From an uncultured SAR116 cluster alpha proteobacterium (GTDB taxonomy: Bacteria > Pseudomonadota > Alphaproteobacteria > Puniceispirillales > GCA-002684695), in contig CACAIE010000006.1 in assembly GCA_902532475.1 (NCBI GenBank), positions 1,569-65,568 of the forward strand: a stretch of 64,000 nt of DNA, read 5' to 3'. This document shows, piece by piece, positions 47,330 through 57,607 of this stretch. Position numbers and translations under genes: made by a program. Each line of letters opens with the position of its first letter. The first letter of the stretch is position 1. Below the pieces are notes generated by a model. That model worked only from the letters and a program-made list of their open reading frames with translations, did not search any database and had not been told where the DNA came from.

Positions 47330-49780
47330 TTAATTTTTTAGAATGTTTGCAAACATTCTAAAGGCCCCAGGAACTAGATTGTCCATTTGATAGAACAGAT
47401 TGAGAGCACAGTGTATATAACGGCCTTTACCAAAATCTGTAACTAATAACCCTCCCAATAGTGGTTGCTCATTATCATCAGACATCATAAATAATGGGGT
47501 ATAATTATCATCCCACTTTGAAGCAAAATATAAACCTCTTTCTTTTACCCAATTATCAAAATCTCTAGGAGTTATTTTGTTTGGACTATTTAACAATACA
47601 TGATCTGAATCTAAAAAACCAACTTCAGCTCTAGGGTTTGTAACACGCCATCTTATAGAAGGACTTCCAATTTTTAAAAAATAAGGGCAACTCTTTCTTT
47701 CATCCCAGTTGTCTTGAGGCCTTTGGTATTCTGTTACATAATTTCCGCCATCATGTATCCATTTGTTAATCTTATTAAAAACTTTATGAATAGGTCTTGA
47801 GGCGCCTGCAAAAACACCGGTAACTATAGTATCAAATTTCGAAAAATCTTCGGAAATGATTGCTTCATCAGACAACAATTTTACATCTGCTCCAAGCATT
47901 TTTGCCCATTTCCAAGCATTATCAGCATAGCCATCAATCCACCCTATTTTTAGTCCTGATAAGCTTTTAATCTTTACATTTAAAATAGAAAGTTCAGACT
48001 TGTTTTCAAATAAGATCTTTCCTGTGTGGTTATAGCCAAACTCAGATATTTCAGATAACCCTTTATCATTTGATGAAAGATATATTTTTTCTAAGCCTTC
48101 ATCAACTGATGTGGGTATTTGTATTTCTGAAGTAAACGTAATCCCCTCAAAATTATTATTATCCTTCAAGTTTACACTTGTATTATTACAAATATAATTT
48201 TTTGGATGAATTAATTGTAAATTAGTTTCATGATTGGAAAACTTATTTACAAGGAATTTTACATTTATTTTTGAAAATTTATTATTTTGATTATCATTAT
48301 TTATAAAATTTAGAATTTTATTTGTTTCTAAACTAGCTATAACGTCAGGTATTATAGATAAGTTTTCATTTGGCATAACGTTTATTGAAAATGATGTATT
48401 ATTAACTGTGAAGTCAACAGATGCATAAACACCTTTGGGCTCTAAGGCAATGCCATGCCATTCTTGATATAAATCTTGATACGTTTCACTTTGATTTATT
48501 AATCCTTCAAAAGCATAGTTAATTCTATTAGAAGAAATATTTTCCTTATGTTTGAATTTTAAATCAGTTTTAAATGGAGTTATTATATTACAATCTACCT
48601 GGGTTAGATTTACTGTATTATTTTTATGTATTGATAAATTTGCTTTAATCTTACCGCCAAAAAAATGAAAACCGGAATTGAAGTTAAGACTTGGCAACAA
48701 TGATATACAGTCTGCCATTGCAGCTGAACATTGTTTTTGTTTTAATTGAACTCTATGAACATGTTCTTTAGAAATTGATTTTTCTGCACTTTCCAAAAAT
48801 GTTTTTAATTTACACAAACTTTTAATCAATAGTTCTGTACTATTAAAATTGTCAATAGCTTCCTCTGAGAACTTATGAGCTTCGACAAGATCTTGTTTTC
48901 CATTATTATCTCTCGAAAATTCAGATAAATCCAAAAGATTCTTTGGTACTAATCCTCCAGTAATATCTCCCTCAATAAAATTACCTTTAAGCAAGTGCAA
49001 GGGGACTGAAAGATTATCTTCAAAAGCAAGTTGGCCTATATTTTGAGTAGCATGGTATGATCGAGACCATTCACCAATTTGGTTATATGTGCCACCAAAG
49101 ATATTATTAAAATTGCCTATTTCAATCCAGTGAGATGCTTTAGGAGGGGCTTCTTCATCATCATATGAACCTCCACCACCTCCCCAAGCAGGAAGAAAGA
49201 TTTGAGAGATTTTCCAAGTTTCGAATTCAATTTCTGGATAAATATCTTCTTTATCAGAAGTCTCATATGCTTCTATAGTTGCTCTTGTTACAGCACGATG
49301 ATGTCCATGCTGGCCATCTACATCAAGAAAAGTAGGAATAATAATATCAGGCTTATAAGCTCTTACCATTAGTATCATTCTTTTTATTGTATGTTCCTTA
49401 TCCCAAAATCCAAATGTCTCCTCAGCTGATTTTGATAAGCCAAAGTCATTAATAGAACTATCCCTATTATCTGCAAGCCATCCAATATCAACCCTTAGGA
49501 CAGACATTGCCTTAAGTAATTCAATAGTTCTTAATGCACCGAGGCTATCATCTCTTTCTGGTCCAATGCTATTTTGGCCTCCTTGTCCTCTTACTGCATT
49601 AACATATGAGACATGGTAACCTTCATCTAGTGACAACTTAGCAAGCAATCTGCTGGCTTCGTCATCTGGATGAGCGCCTGTTTGCATAAATGAGACTGTT
49701 GATTTGAGTGATTGTAGGTGAGACCACAGGGACCTATTTAAAAACTGGTATTCTTGACTCTCTATCTCTGCTTTTCTCAT
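47330..49780 (-). CDS. Large PIG-L/LmbE-family deacetylase (816 aa)
   Basis: GAHPDDE, RG.GGQN.IG, LR..E, HGHH motifs; C-terminal N.PN.I...DF..WV.ERGLYF...WD domain. Confidence 0.88.
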   Translation of the reverse strand: MRKAEIESQEYQFLNRSLWSHLQSLKSTVSFMQTGAHPDDEASRLLAKLSLDEGYHVSYVNAVRGQGGQNSIGPERDDSLGALRTIELLKAMSVLRVDIGWLADNRDSSINDFGLSKSAEETFGFWDKEHTIKRMILMVRAYKPDIIIPTFLDVDGQHGHHRAVTRATIEAYETSDKEDIYPEIEFETWKISQIFLPAWGGGGGSYDDEEAPPKASHWIEIGNFNNIFGGTYNQIGEWSRSYHATQNIGQLAFEDNLSVPLHLLKGNFIEGDITGGLVPKNLLDLSEFSRDNNGKQDLVEAHKFSEEAIDNFNSTELLIKSLCKLKTFLESAEKSISKEHVHRVQLKQKQCSAAMADCISLLPSLNFNSGFHFFGGKIKANLSIHKNNTVNLTQVDCNIITPFKTDLKFKHKENISSNRINYAFEGLINQSETYQDLYQEWHGIALEPKGVYASVDFTVNNTSFSINVMPNENLSIIPDVIASLETNKILNFINNDNQNNKFSKINVKFLVNKFSNHETNLQLIHPKNYICNNTSVNLKDNNNFEGITFTSEIQIPTSVDEGLEKIYLSSNDKGLSEISEFGYNHTGKILFENKSELSILNVKIKSLSGLKIGWIDGYADNAWKWAKMLGADVKLLSDEAIISEDFSKFDTIVTGVFAGASRPIHKVFNKINKWIHDGGNYVTEYQRPQDNWDERKSCPYFLKIGSPSIRWRVTNPRAEVGFLDSDHVLLNSPNKITPRDFDNWVKERGLYFASKWDDNYTPLFMMSDDNEQPLLGGLLVTDFGKGRYIHCALNLFYQMDNLVPGAFRMFANILKN

Positions 49781-49852
49781 TATAATTCTTGTAATATGAT
49801 TTTACGTCATATTAATATGATATTATAAATAAGTTAAAACAAATATTTAATT

Positions 49853-51118
49853 ATGGAGGAAAAAATGAAAAAAATAAAATTACTTTTATTTTCTATTTTT
49901 GGTTCAGTATTTATTTTTGGGAGTATTTTAGCAAATGCTGTAGAAATAGAATATTGGCAGTATACATATAAAGCTAGGGTTGAAGCGATTGACAAGTTAA
50001 TTGCTAATTTTGAGAAAGCTAATCCAGGCATCACTATAAAACATACAAATTTCCCATATGCTGACTACCGTAAAAAAGTTGCTATTGCCATTTCATCTGG
50101 TGATGGACCAGATCTAGTTCAGCTTTATTATGGTTGGTTAAATGATTACAGAGATAGTGGATTAATCCAGCCCCTGCCAAAAGATGCTTTCTCCCATGAT
50201 GAAATAGAAAGCAATTTCTTTAAAATGGTTTCTTCAATGAAAGTAGATGGAGAATACTGGGGGCTTCCAACTGCAGTAAGATCTTTAGCATTATTTTACA
50301 ATAATGATCTACTTAAGGAGGCAGGTTTATCTGGTCCTCCTGAAACTTTAGATGACTTAGTAGATTACGCAAAAAAACTTACAAAACGAGATGGTAGTGG
50401 AAACATGATCCAAGAAGGCTTGGCGTTTGATGGCGGCATTGGGCAAACACACCATTTTTGGAGAGAAGTATTAGTAAGACATTATGGAGGTCAGCCATAT
50501 TCTGATGATGGCCAAAAAATAGCTTACAATAATGATGCTGGAGTAAAAGCTCTAACGTATCTTACTGACTTTGAGAAAACTCATAAAACAACTAGTAATG
50601 GTTTTATGAATAGAGGACAGGATGGTTTTGCTGCTGGGAAAGTTGGTTTATATATTGATGGTTCTTTTAGAATTTCTAAATTTGTTAAAGCTGAAGGATT
50701 AAATTTTTCTATTTCTGAATTGCCTGGTCATAATGGCACAAGATATAACTTTTCATCATTTTGGGCAAATGCACTTAGTTCAAAAGCTAAAGGGGAGAAA
50801 AAAGAGGCTGCAGCAAAATTTTTAGCTTATCTAACTTCAGATGAAGCTATGCAAGTATGGTTGGATACTGTTGGAGAACTTCCAGCAAAACCATCAGTAG
50901 CTCTTGTAGATGAAAATAAGCAACATGAATTATATGGACCGTTTATTCGTGGCCTTGATTATGCGACTGCAACTACATTTATTTCAGAAAAGCCTCAAAG
51001 ACAATCTGTAGTTGATGCTTATGACATGGTTGTTCTACAAGGAGTATCACCTAAAGATGCAATTGAAAAAGTTGCAAAAAAAGAACAAGAATTACTTGAC
51101 GATTTCTTTGGAAATTAA
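49853..51118 (+). CDS. Carbohydrate-type (family 1) ABC substrate-binding protein
   Basis: Signal peptide, FE..NP.I.I, GPD, LFYN.DL..EAG...PP; ATG 49865 behind GGAGG is the more likely start. Confidence 0.92.
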   Translation: MEEKMKKIKLLLFSIFGSVFIFGSILANAVEIEYWQYTYKARVEAIDKLIANFEKANPGITIKHTNFPYADYRKKVAIAISSGDGPDLVQLYYGWLNDYRDSGLIQPLPKDAFSHDEIESNFFKMVSSMKVDGEYWGLPTAVRSLALFYNNDLLKEAGLSGPPETLDDLVDYAKKLTKRDGSGNMIQEGLAFDGGIGQTHHFWREVLVRHYGGQPYSDDGQKIAYNNDAGVKALTYLTDFEKTHKTTSNGFMNRGQDGFAAGKVGLYIDGSFRISKFVKAEGLNFSISELPGHNGTRYNFSSFWANALSSKAKGEKKEAAAKFLAYLTSDEAMQVWLDTVGELPAKPSVALVDENKQHELYGPFIRGLDYATATTFISEKPQRQSVVDAYDMVVLQGVSPKDAIEKVAKKEQELLDDFFGN

Positions 51119-51124
51119 TTCTTA

Positions 51125-51157
51125 AAAAGAGAAGGTCTAAAAAGGACCTTCTCTTTT
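51125..51157 (+). terminator. Intra-operon stem-loop or terminator after the sugar SBP gene
   Basis: AAAAGAGAAGGTCT-aaaaa-GGACCTTCTCTTTT. Confidence 0.8.
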
Positions 51158-51177
51158 CTTTCTAAAAAAATGTTAAA

Positions 51178-52083
51178 TTGATGATTAAGAATTTTTGGGA
51201 AAACCTGTCTATTAATCAAAAGCTCGCTATTACTGCGTGGGTTTTTTTAGCAATTCCAATTATATTTTACGTAACAATAAGATTTTATCCTACTTATGAA
51301 GCATTTTATGTTTCTTTTATGAAATGGAATTTACTTGGTGCTAAGAAGTATATTGGCTTTAAACACTATATTCGCATTTTTAATGATGAAGATTTTTGGA
51401 TAGTTCTTTGGAACACAATTAAATATGCACTAATAGGTGTTCCAATCAGCTTATTAATTTCTTTTACTGTTGCTTATTACTTAAATGAAATAAAATTTGG
51501 CCATCAAACAATAAGAGCATTTTATTTTGTCCCTTTTCTTACAACAGCAATTGCAATGGCATGGGTATGGAGATGGTTTTATCAACCTATGCCGATTGGA
51601 TATTTTAATATAATGCTCTCCTATGTTGGTATACCCCAGCAGCCATTTTTAAGGTCCATAGAACAAGCTCTTTATTCTGTGATGGCTCCTGCTGTTTGGG
51701 CTGGTTTGGGTTTTCAAATTGTTATTTTTATAGCGGGTATAAGAGCTATACCAAAAAGCCACTTTGAAGCTGCTGAAATTGATGGTGCAGGAAGGTTACA
51801 AATTTTAAAAGAAATCATTTTACCAGCACTTAAGCCTACAACGATATTTCTAGTTGTTATATCAACTATAGGGTTTTTAAGAATTTTCGATCAGGTTTAT
51901 AGCATGAGTGAAGATAGTGCAGGTGGTCCGTTAAATGCAACTAAACCTCTTGTCTTAATGATTTATGAATATGCATTTGATATCTATAAATTAGGTCGAG
52001 CATCTGCACTTACAGTTATTTTGTTTTTATTACTTTTAACAGTAAGCCTTCTTCAACTCTGGTTTATGCGGAAACAAAAATGA
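51178..52083 (+). CDS. Carbohydrate ABC permease (UgpA/MalF-like)
   Basis: IG..HY...F.D, EAAEIDGA EAA motif, FDQVY. Confidence 0.93.
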   Translation: MMIKNFWENLSINQKLAITAWVFLAIPIIFYVTIRFYPTYEAFYVSFMKWNLLGAKKYIGFKHYIRIFNDEDFWIVLWNTIKYALIGVPISLLISFTVAYYLNEIKFGHQTIRAFYFVPFLTTAIAMAWVWRWFYQPMPIGYFNIMLSYVGIPQQPFLRSIEQALYSVMAPAVWAGLGFQIVIFIAGIRAIPKSHFEAAEIDGAGRLQILKEIILPALKPTTIFLVVISTIGFLRIFDQVYSMSEDSAGGPLNATKPLVLMIYEYAFDIYKLGRASALTVILFLLLLTVSLLQLWFMRKQK

Positions 52084-52928
52084 CTAACTCAAACCAAATA
52101 ATTGAAAAGCTTGAACACCTTAATCCAAAAAAAATAATTATTTGGACACTTGTATTTTTAGGAAGCATAGTGATGGTTACCCCCATCATTTTTATGATCA
52201 GTATGTCTTTTAAAACTGGGCAAGAGGTCTATATATTTTCTTTATTTCCAGAAAAGGCTACATTAAAAAACTATATATTTGTTTTGACAGATTCTAAATT
52301 TATATATTGGGGGTTAAATTCCTTATGGGTTGCAACATTTAGTACCTTATCAGTTTTGTTTTTTGATAGTCTAGTTGGCTATACTTTAGCAAAGTATAAC
52401 TTCAGAGGAAGGGAAATAATATTTGTTGCGATCTTAAGTACACTAATGATCCCAACAGAGATGCTTATAATTCCATGGTATATGATGTCACGAGAGTTTG
52501 GCTGGATTGATACTTACTGGGGAATTGCTTTTCCTGGTTTAATGACAGGTTTTGGAACTTTTCTAATGAGGCAATTTTTTATGAACCTGCCAGATGAACT
52601 GATAGAGGCTGCAAGAATTGATGGTTGGTCAGAATTTGCAATATGGTGGAAAATTGCTATGCCCCTTGTAGTGCCTGCCCTTTCAGCATTGGCAATATTT
52701 CATTTCTTAGGTAATTGGACAGCATTTCTATGGCCTCTTATAATAATAAATGATCCAGATATGTATACAATTCCTGTTGGTTTAGCCTCATTTAATGGTG
52801 AATATGAGATGAACTGGGAAATTGTTATGACTGCATCGTGCTTAGCTACAATTCCAACTTTGTTTGTTTTTATTATTCTCCAAAAGTATATAATTAAAGG
52901 CATTATGCTTGCTGGTTTAAAAGGATAG
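52080..52928 (+). CDS. Carbohydrate ABC permease (UgpE/MalG-like)
   Basis: F.MRQFF..LP.ELIEAARIDG, W..FLWP, G.KG C-terminus. Confidence 0.93.
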   Translation: MTNSNQIIEKLEHLNPKKIIIWTLVFLGSIVMVTPIIFMISMSFKTGQEVYIFSLFPEKATLKNYIFVLTDSKFIYWGLNSLWVATFSTLSVLFFDSLVGYTLAKYNFRGREIIFVAILSTLMIPTEMLIIPWYMMSREFGWIDTYWGIAFPGLMTGFGTFLMRQFFMNLPDELIEAARIDGWSEFAIWWKIAMPLVVPALSALAIFHFLGNWTAFLWPLIIINDPDMYTIPVGLASFNGEYEMNWEIVMTASCLATIPTLFVFIILQKYIIKGIMLAGLKG

Positions 52929-52932
52929 AATA

Positions 52933-54402
52933 ATGAAAAAATATGATAAATTTCCTGCTAAGGTATATGTTGATACATTTTTAAAGCCAGACTTGCATAT
53001 CTACAAAACAGTTTTTAAAGACGCTCTTTTTCAAATTAATTATGCACAATGTATAATGTTGAAAGAGCAAAAAATAATTTCTGATGAAGAGGCAAAAATT
53101 ATTTTTAAAAATCTAAATGAAATAGAAAATGAATTTGATTTTGAAAACTTAGAATATAATGAAAAATATGAGGATTTATTCTTTCTTATTGAAAAAACAT
53201 TAATTGATAGAATTGAAGTTGATATAGCTGGAAAACTTCACACAGGGCGTTCTAGAAATGACATGGAACATACAATGTTTAGAATGGAACTTCGTAAATG
53301 TATTATATTAATAATAAAAGATCTTTTTTCATTATTAGAACATTTGATTAAAAGGAGTGAAAAAGGTACCTCTGAAATTATTTTACTCTATACACATGGA
53401 CAACCCGCTCAAGCCTCAACTTTAGCCCATTTTTTATCAGCAGTTATTGAATTTTGTTTGAGGGATATTGATAGGCTTACTAAGGCACTGGATTTGGTTA
53501 ACATGTGTCCTATGGGTGCAGCAGCAATTACAACATCAGGATTTCCTTTAAGTAGAGAACGTATGGCGGAACTTTTAGGTTTTGAGAAGATAGTTAATAA
53601 TTCTTATGGAGCTATTGCCAGCTGTGATTATATAACCACAACTTATTCAGCTCTAAAAATAGCCTCTATAAATCTAGGAAGGTTTGTTCAGGAATTGGTG
53701 ACTTGGACTGGTTTTGAAGTAAGTCAAATATACGTCCCTGATGGGTTTGTTCAAATATCTTCTATTATGCCCCAAAAAAGAAACCCAGTTCCATTGGAGC
53801 ACTTAAGGTTAAGGCTTTCACTTTGCAATGGTGAGTGTGATAAAATTATTAACACAATGCATAACACACCCTTTGCTGATATGAATGATTCGGAAAGGGA
53901 GGTTCAGTCAGAAGGTCATAAAGCCTTTAGCCTAATGTCTAAGATACTTCCGCTTTTATCAGGATTTGTTGAATCAATCGAAATAAATAAAAAATCGGTT
54001 AAAAATAGAATTAAATCTTCTATGGCTACAATTACTGAACTAGCAGATAGTATGGTTAGGGAAGAAAATATTAGCTTTAGGCAGGCTCACGAAGTTTCAC
54101 ATTTTTTATCCAGAAAACTTATTTCAAAAGATATTGCTTTGGACGATGTTGATTTTGAAGAGTTTGCCAGTATATTTAAAAAAATAATTGGAGTAAACCC
54201 GTCTATTTCAAATGAACGGTTTAAAGAGGTATGTACTCCAGAATATTTTGTAAAAGTAAGAAACCTCCCTGGAGGACCATCAGAAAAATCAATGGAAAGT
54301 GATTTAGAAAATCATAAAAAAAATTTAGAAGAACACAAAATATATATATCTAATATTGAAAAATTTATTAATGACAGTGCAAATCAAATATCGGTAATTT
54401 AG
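52933..54402 (+). CDS. Argininosuccinate-lyase-like C-N lyase (fumarase/aspartase superfamily), probably a catabolic paralogue
   Basis: HTGRSRND, YTHGQPAQ, SSIMPQKRNP signature, TELAD..V....FR.AH. Confidence 0.88.
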   Translation: MKKYDKFPAKVYVDTFLKPDLHIYKTVFKDALFQINYAQCIMLKEQKIISDEEAKIIFKNLNEIENEFDFENLEYNEKYEDLFFLIEKTLIDRIEVDIAGKLHTGRSRNDMEHTMFRMELRKCIILIIKDLFSLLEHLIKRSEKGTSEIILLYTHGQPAQASTLAHFLSAVIEFCLRDIDRLTKALDLVNMCPMGAAAITTSGFPLSRERMAELLGFEKIVNNSYGAIASCDYITTTYSALKIASINLGRFVQELVTWTGFEVSQIYVPDGFVQISSIMPQKRNPVPLEHLRLRLSLCNGECDKIINTMHNTPFADMNDSEREVQSEGHKAFSLMSKILPLLSGFVESIEINKKSVKNRIKSSMATITELADSMVREENISFRQAHEVSHFLSRKLISKDIALDDVDFEEFASIFKKIIGVNPSISNERFKEVCTPEYFVKVRNLPGGPSEKSMESDLENHKKNLEEHKIYISNIEKFINDSANQISVI

Positions 54403-54432
54403 AAACAGAATTCTTAAAATATAGAGGCAAAA

Positions 54433-55530
54433 ATGGCTAATGTACAATTTGAAAATTTATTTAAAAATTATGGTAACGTTAAAGCTGTTCATGACTTTAA
54501 TCTTAAAATTGATGAGGGAGAATTTATTGTTTTAGTTGGACCATCAGGATGTGGAAAGTCTACTACTTTAAGAATGATTGCAGGATTAGAGGATATTACT
54601 TCTGGACTAATATACATTGATGAGAAAGTAATTAACAAAATTCATCCTAAAAATCGTGACATAGCTATGGTTTTTCAAAATTATGCTCTCTATCCGCATT
54701 TATCAGTCAAAGATAATATTTCATTTGGGCTGAGAGCTCAAAAAATTCCTAGGGCTGAAGTGGAAAAAAGAGTAGTGGAAGCCTCCGAAACGCTTGGTCT
54801 GGAAGGATTATTATCGAGAAGACCTGGAGAATTATCAGGTGGTCAAAAACAGCGAGTGGCAATGGGAAGAGCAATTGTAAGAAACCCTAAAGTATTCCTG
54901 TTTGATGAACCTTTATCTAATTTAGACGCTAAACTTCGTCATAAGATGAGGGCAGAAATGAAAAAACTTCACAAGAAAGTTGGAACCACTACTATTTATG
55001 TTACTCACGATCAAATTGAAGCGATGACTTTGGCTGATAGAATTGTGATAATGAAGGATGGTCTAATTGAGCAAGTTGGTACACCAGATGAAGTATACAG
55101 AAGGCCTAACAATATCTTTGTAGCTAGTTTTATTGGCACGCCAGCAATGAATTTTATAGAAGGTGAAGTAAGTAAAGTTTCTAAAGCATCGTCAATGATT
55201 ATGCTGGAAGATCAAAAAAGTATAAAACTTAAAAGTAATAATTTTTATAATAACCAAAATATTATCCTAGGACTAAGACCAGAAGATATAACTATAACAT
55301 CTGAAAATTCTGGTAAAAATGATAATATAATAGGATTGGATGCAGAAATTTCTGTAATTGAGCCTATGGGGCACGAAACTGTGGTAATTTGTGACAGTAA
55401 TTATGGAGAGTTAACTGGAAAGGTCGAGAGTAACAGCAAATTAAAAGAAAACATGGCTGTGAAACTAAATGTGAGTTTAGAAAAAGTTTATCTTTTTGAT
55501 AAAAAGTCAGAAAAAAACTTAAATCTTTAA
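54433..55530 (+). CDS. UgpC/MalK-type sugar ABC ATPase
   Basis: [45 protein letters not shown]. Confidence 0.94.
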   Translation: MANVQFENLFKNYGNVKAVHDFNLKIDEGEFIVLVGPSGCGKSTTLRMIAGLEDITSGLIYIDEKVINKIHPKNRDIAMVFQNYALYPHLSVKDNISFGLRAQKIPRAEVEKRVVEASETLGLEGLLSRRPGELSGGQKQRVAMGRAIVRNPKVFLFDEPLSNLDAKLRHKMRAEMKKLHKKVGTTTIYVTHDQIEAMTLADRIVIMKDGLIEQVGTPDEVYRRPNNIFVASFIGTPAMNFIEGEVSKVSKASSMIMLEDQKSIKLKSNNFYNNQNIILGLRPEDITITSENSGKNDNIIGLDAEISVIEPMGHETVVICDSNYGELTGKVESNSKLKENMAVKLNVSLEKVYLFDKKSEKNLNL

Positions 55531-55532
55531 GT

Positions 55533-56477
55533 TTATTTTTTATATACAGCGCATCCCATTAATGAGATTAAATCATCATTTATAATGTGTAATGGAATTT
55601 GTTTAACGTAATTTTTCATTCTTCCAGGAATTAAAAAGTTTTTTAAAATTAAATCATTAGGGAGTATGGTGTAAAGTCTTACTAAAAGACCGCCACTCAA
55701 AAACACTCCACCTCTTGCTCCATAGATTAAAGCTACAGATGCAGCAAATTTACCCAATAATTCAAATAATATTTTACAGGCTTCGTACTCCAGCCCTTTT
55801 TTATTCGCTATAGCACTGGCAACTATTTCTTCTGAGGTCAGCTTGAGACTGGAATTATTAATTTTACTCAATGCTTCATAAATTAATGTTATGCCCGGAC
55901 CGCTTATAAGTCTTTCGGATGACACTCTAGGATAATCATTCTGAATAATATCTATTACGTCTCTGGAAGTATTTTTCTTCTCAGAATAGGGTATATGACA
56001 ATAACCACCTTCACCTGAAATGACTATTGATTTCTTATTATGCTGTTTAACACAAGAAACTCCTAAACCTGTGCCTAAAGCTATATAGGCAAAGTTTTGA
56101 TTTTTTGATTCAATACTATTGATTGTGGAATATGATGAAGGTTTTATTTCAGGTAAATAATAGCAAGCTGCCTCTGCATCATTAAAAATACAAACATCAC
56201 TGATTTTAAAAAAACCCATAATTTCTTTTTTTGATATTATAAGATTACTATTAGTAATTTCTATTTTATCGTTTTCAACAGGTCCAGCCGCACATATTCT
56301 TATTTGTTCAATTTTTTTATTATAATTCTTTGCATAATTTGCAATCAATTCTAGAGAGGAAACGCCACTTTTGTACCTAACTTTAGATAATCCAGTGACA
56401 CTAAAACCATCTGAAAAGCCAACTCTCAAATGTGTGCCGCCAAAATCAGCAACAAGCTTTGTTATTTTTTGAGTCAT
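55533..56477 (-). CDS. glk: Glucokinase-family sugar kinase
   Basis: ADFGGT..R, AGP, ND, GTGLG, EGG(Y), ER..SG.G, GGV.L.GG, GR. Confidence 0.8.
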   Translation of the reverse strand: MTQKITKLVADFGGTHLRVGFSDGFSVTGLSKVRYKSGVSSLELIANYAKNYNKKIEQIRICAAGPVENDKIEITNSNLIISKKEIMGFFKISDVCIFNDAEAACYYLPEIKPSSYSTINSIESKNQNFAYIALGTGLGVSCVKQHNKKSIVISGEGGYCHIPYSEKKNTSRDVIDIIQNDYPRVSSERLISGPGITLIYEALSKINNSSLKLTSEEIVASAIANKKGLEYEACKILFELLGKFAASVALIYGARGGVFLSGGLLVRLYTILPNDLILKNFLIPGRMKNYVKQIPLHIINDDLISLMGCAVYKK

Positions 56478-56522
56478 AAAATTACTAAATTAAATCTAAG
56501 AAATTTAATAATTTTTATACTA

Positions 56523-56684
56523 CTAATCAACGAAAAAAAAGGAAATTAAAGATACTGTTATTGATACAAATAATGATAAACTAAATGCTACTCCTAATAT
56601 TAAAAGTAAATTTAATACAATTAATAAAATACTTAGGTTTTTTGAAAAATAGAAAATATCAATCATATACAGCCTTTTGTTCAT
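56523..56684 (-). CDS. Putative small membrane protein (47-53 aa), missing from the ORF track
   Basis: MNKRLYMIDIFYFSKNLSILLIVLNLLLILGVAFSLSLFVSITVSLISFFFVD; AAAAGG lies 6 nt before the second ATG (56666). Confidence 0.45.
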   Translation of the reverse strand: MNKRLYMIDIFYFSKNLSILLIVLNLLLILGVAFSLSLFVSITVSLISFFFVD

Positions 56685-56751
56685 GATATGTTCTTTATAT
56701 CATTAAATGAAAAATATCAACCTTATATTTAAAAAATAATTATTTTTTGAA

Positions 56752-57438
56752 TTATAAAAGATTAATAAAACTAGCAATTAACCCAATAAAACCCCCAAAT
56801 ACACCCCCCCAGATTACTAGCCAACCAAGGTGATTATCTATTATATCTTTGATCATTTTTTTGATGTCATTAGGAGACAGTTCATTCAATCTGTTATCAA
56901 CTAAATGTTCAATGTCATTATGTAAATTATTGACAACCTTTTTATCCAGTTTTGTTTCTTTTTGAGTTTCAAGCATATTTGAAACTAAAGTTTCTAATTT
57001 ATTGATTATGGGTTTTCTAAGAGGTTCTAATGCTTTTCTTCCTCCTACCATAGAAAGCATTTTTCCTAGTTGTGATTTTTCAATTGAGACTGTTAAACCT
57101 TCAAAAATATTATTATAATTAATATTCGTCTTTATTGTTTTGATTGATTCTGCTCCAAAATTACGAGTAAATGTTTCAATGTTCTGTGTTGTAAAGAATT
57201 CTTCCAAAATTAATTCTTTAATGGCAGTTTTGAAAAAACTAAAATTTTTTGGAATTATACCAGAACCATAAATAAAAGGGATCTTTTCAAATAACATATG
57301 GATTGCTATCCAGTTTGTAATGCCTCCTGATAAGCTGAATAAGCCAATCATTAGTATTATATTATTCTCGAATGGGTTCAAAAAACCAACTATTGTTATT
57401 AATAAAGCGATTAAATTAGTTACATTTGATTTATTCAT
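56752..57438 (-). CDS. DUF445-family membrane protein
   Basis: GLF.LSG.ITNWIAIHMLFEK.P..YGSGIIP; HLGWLV.WGGVFGG. Confidence 0.85.
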   Translation of the reverse strand: MNKSNVTNLIALLITIVGFLNPFENNIILMIGLFSLSGGITNWIAIHMLFEKIPFIYGSGIIPKNFSFFKTAIKELILEEFFTTQNIETFTRNFGAESIKTIKTNINYNNIFEGLTVSIEKSQLGKMLSMVGGRKALEPLRKPIINKLETLVSNMLETQKETKLDKKVVNNLHNDIEHLVDNRLNELSPNDIKKMIKDIIDNHLGWLVIWGGVFGGFIGLIASFINLL

Positions 57439-57501
57439 GATTTTTCTTCTATTAATATTAAAAAAAGATAAAATAAATTTGCTATTCCTTAACCCAGATA
57501 C

Positions 57502-57529
57502 TTGACAAATTTAGTGTAAAAGATATATT
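57502..57529 (+). promoter_or_regulatory. Sigma70 promoter of rplU-rpmA
   Basis: TTGACA-N16-TATATT about 80 nt upstream of rplU. Confidence 0.65.
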
Positions 57530-57607
57530 TCGGCGTTCAAACTATTTTAAGGTGCTAAAAAAGAAATATTATAAATTTTTATTTTAGAAACCAAGGAAAA
57601 ATTAAAA

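Noticed and set aside
52933-54402. Gene symbol argH
   Set aside because: It sits inside a sugar ABC operon, has a non-canonical N-terminus and has no arg genes nearby; orthology is unproven.
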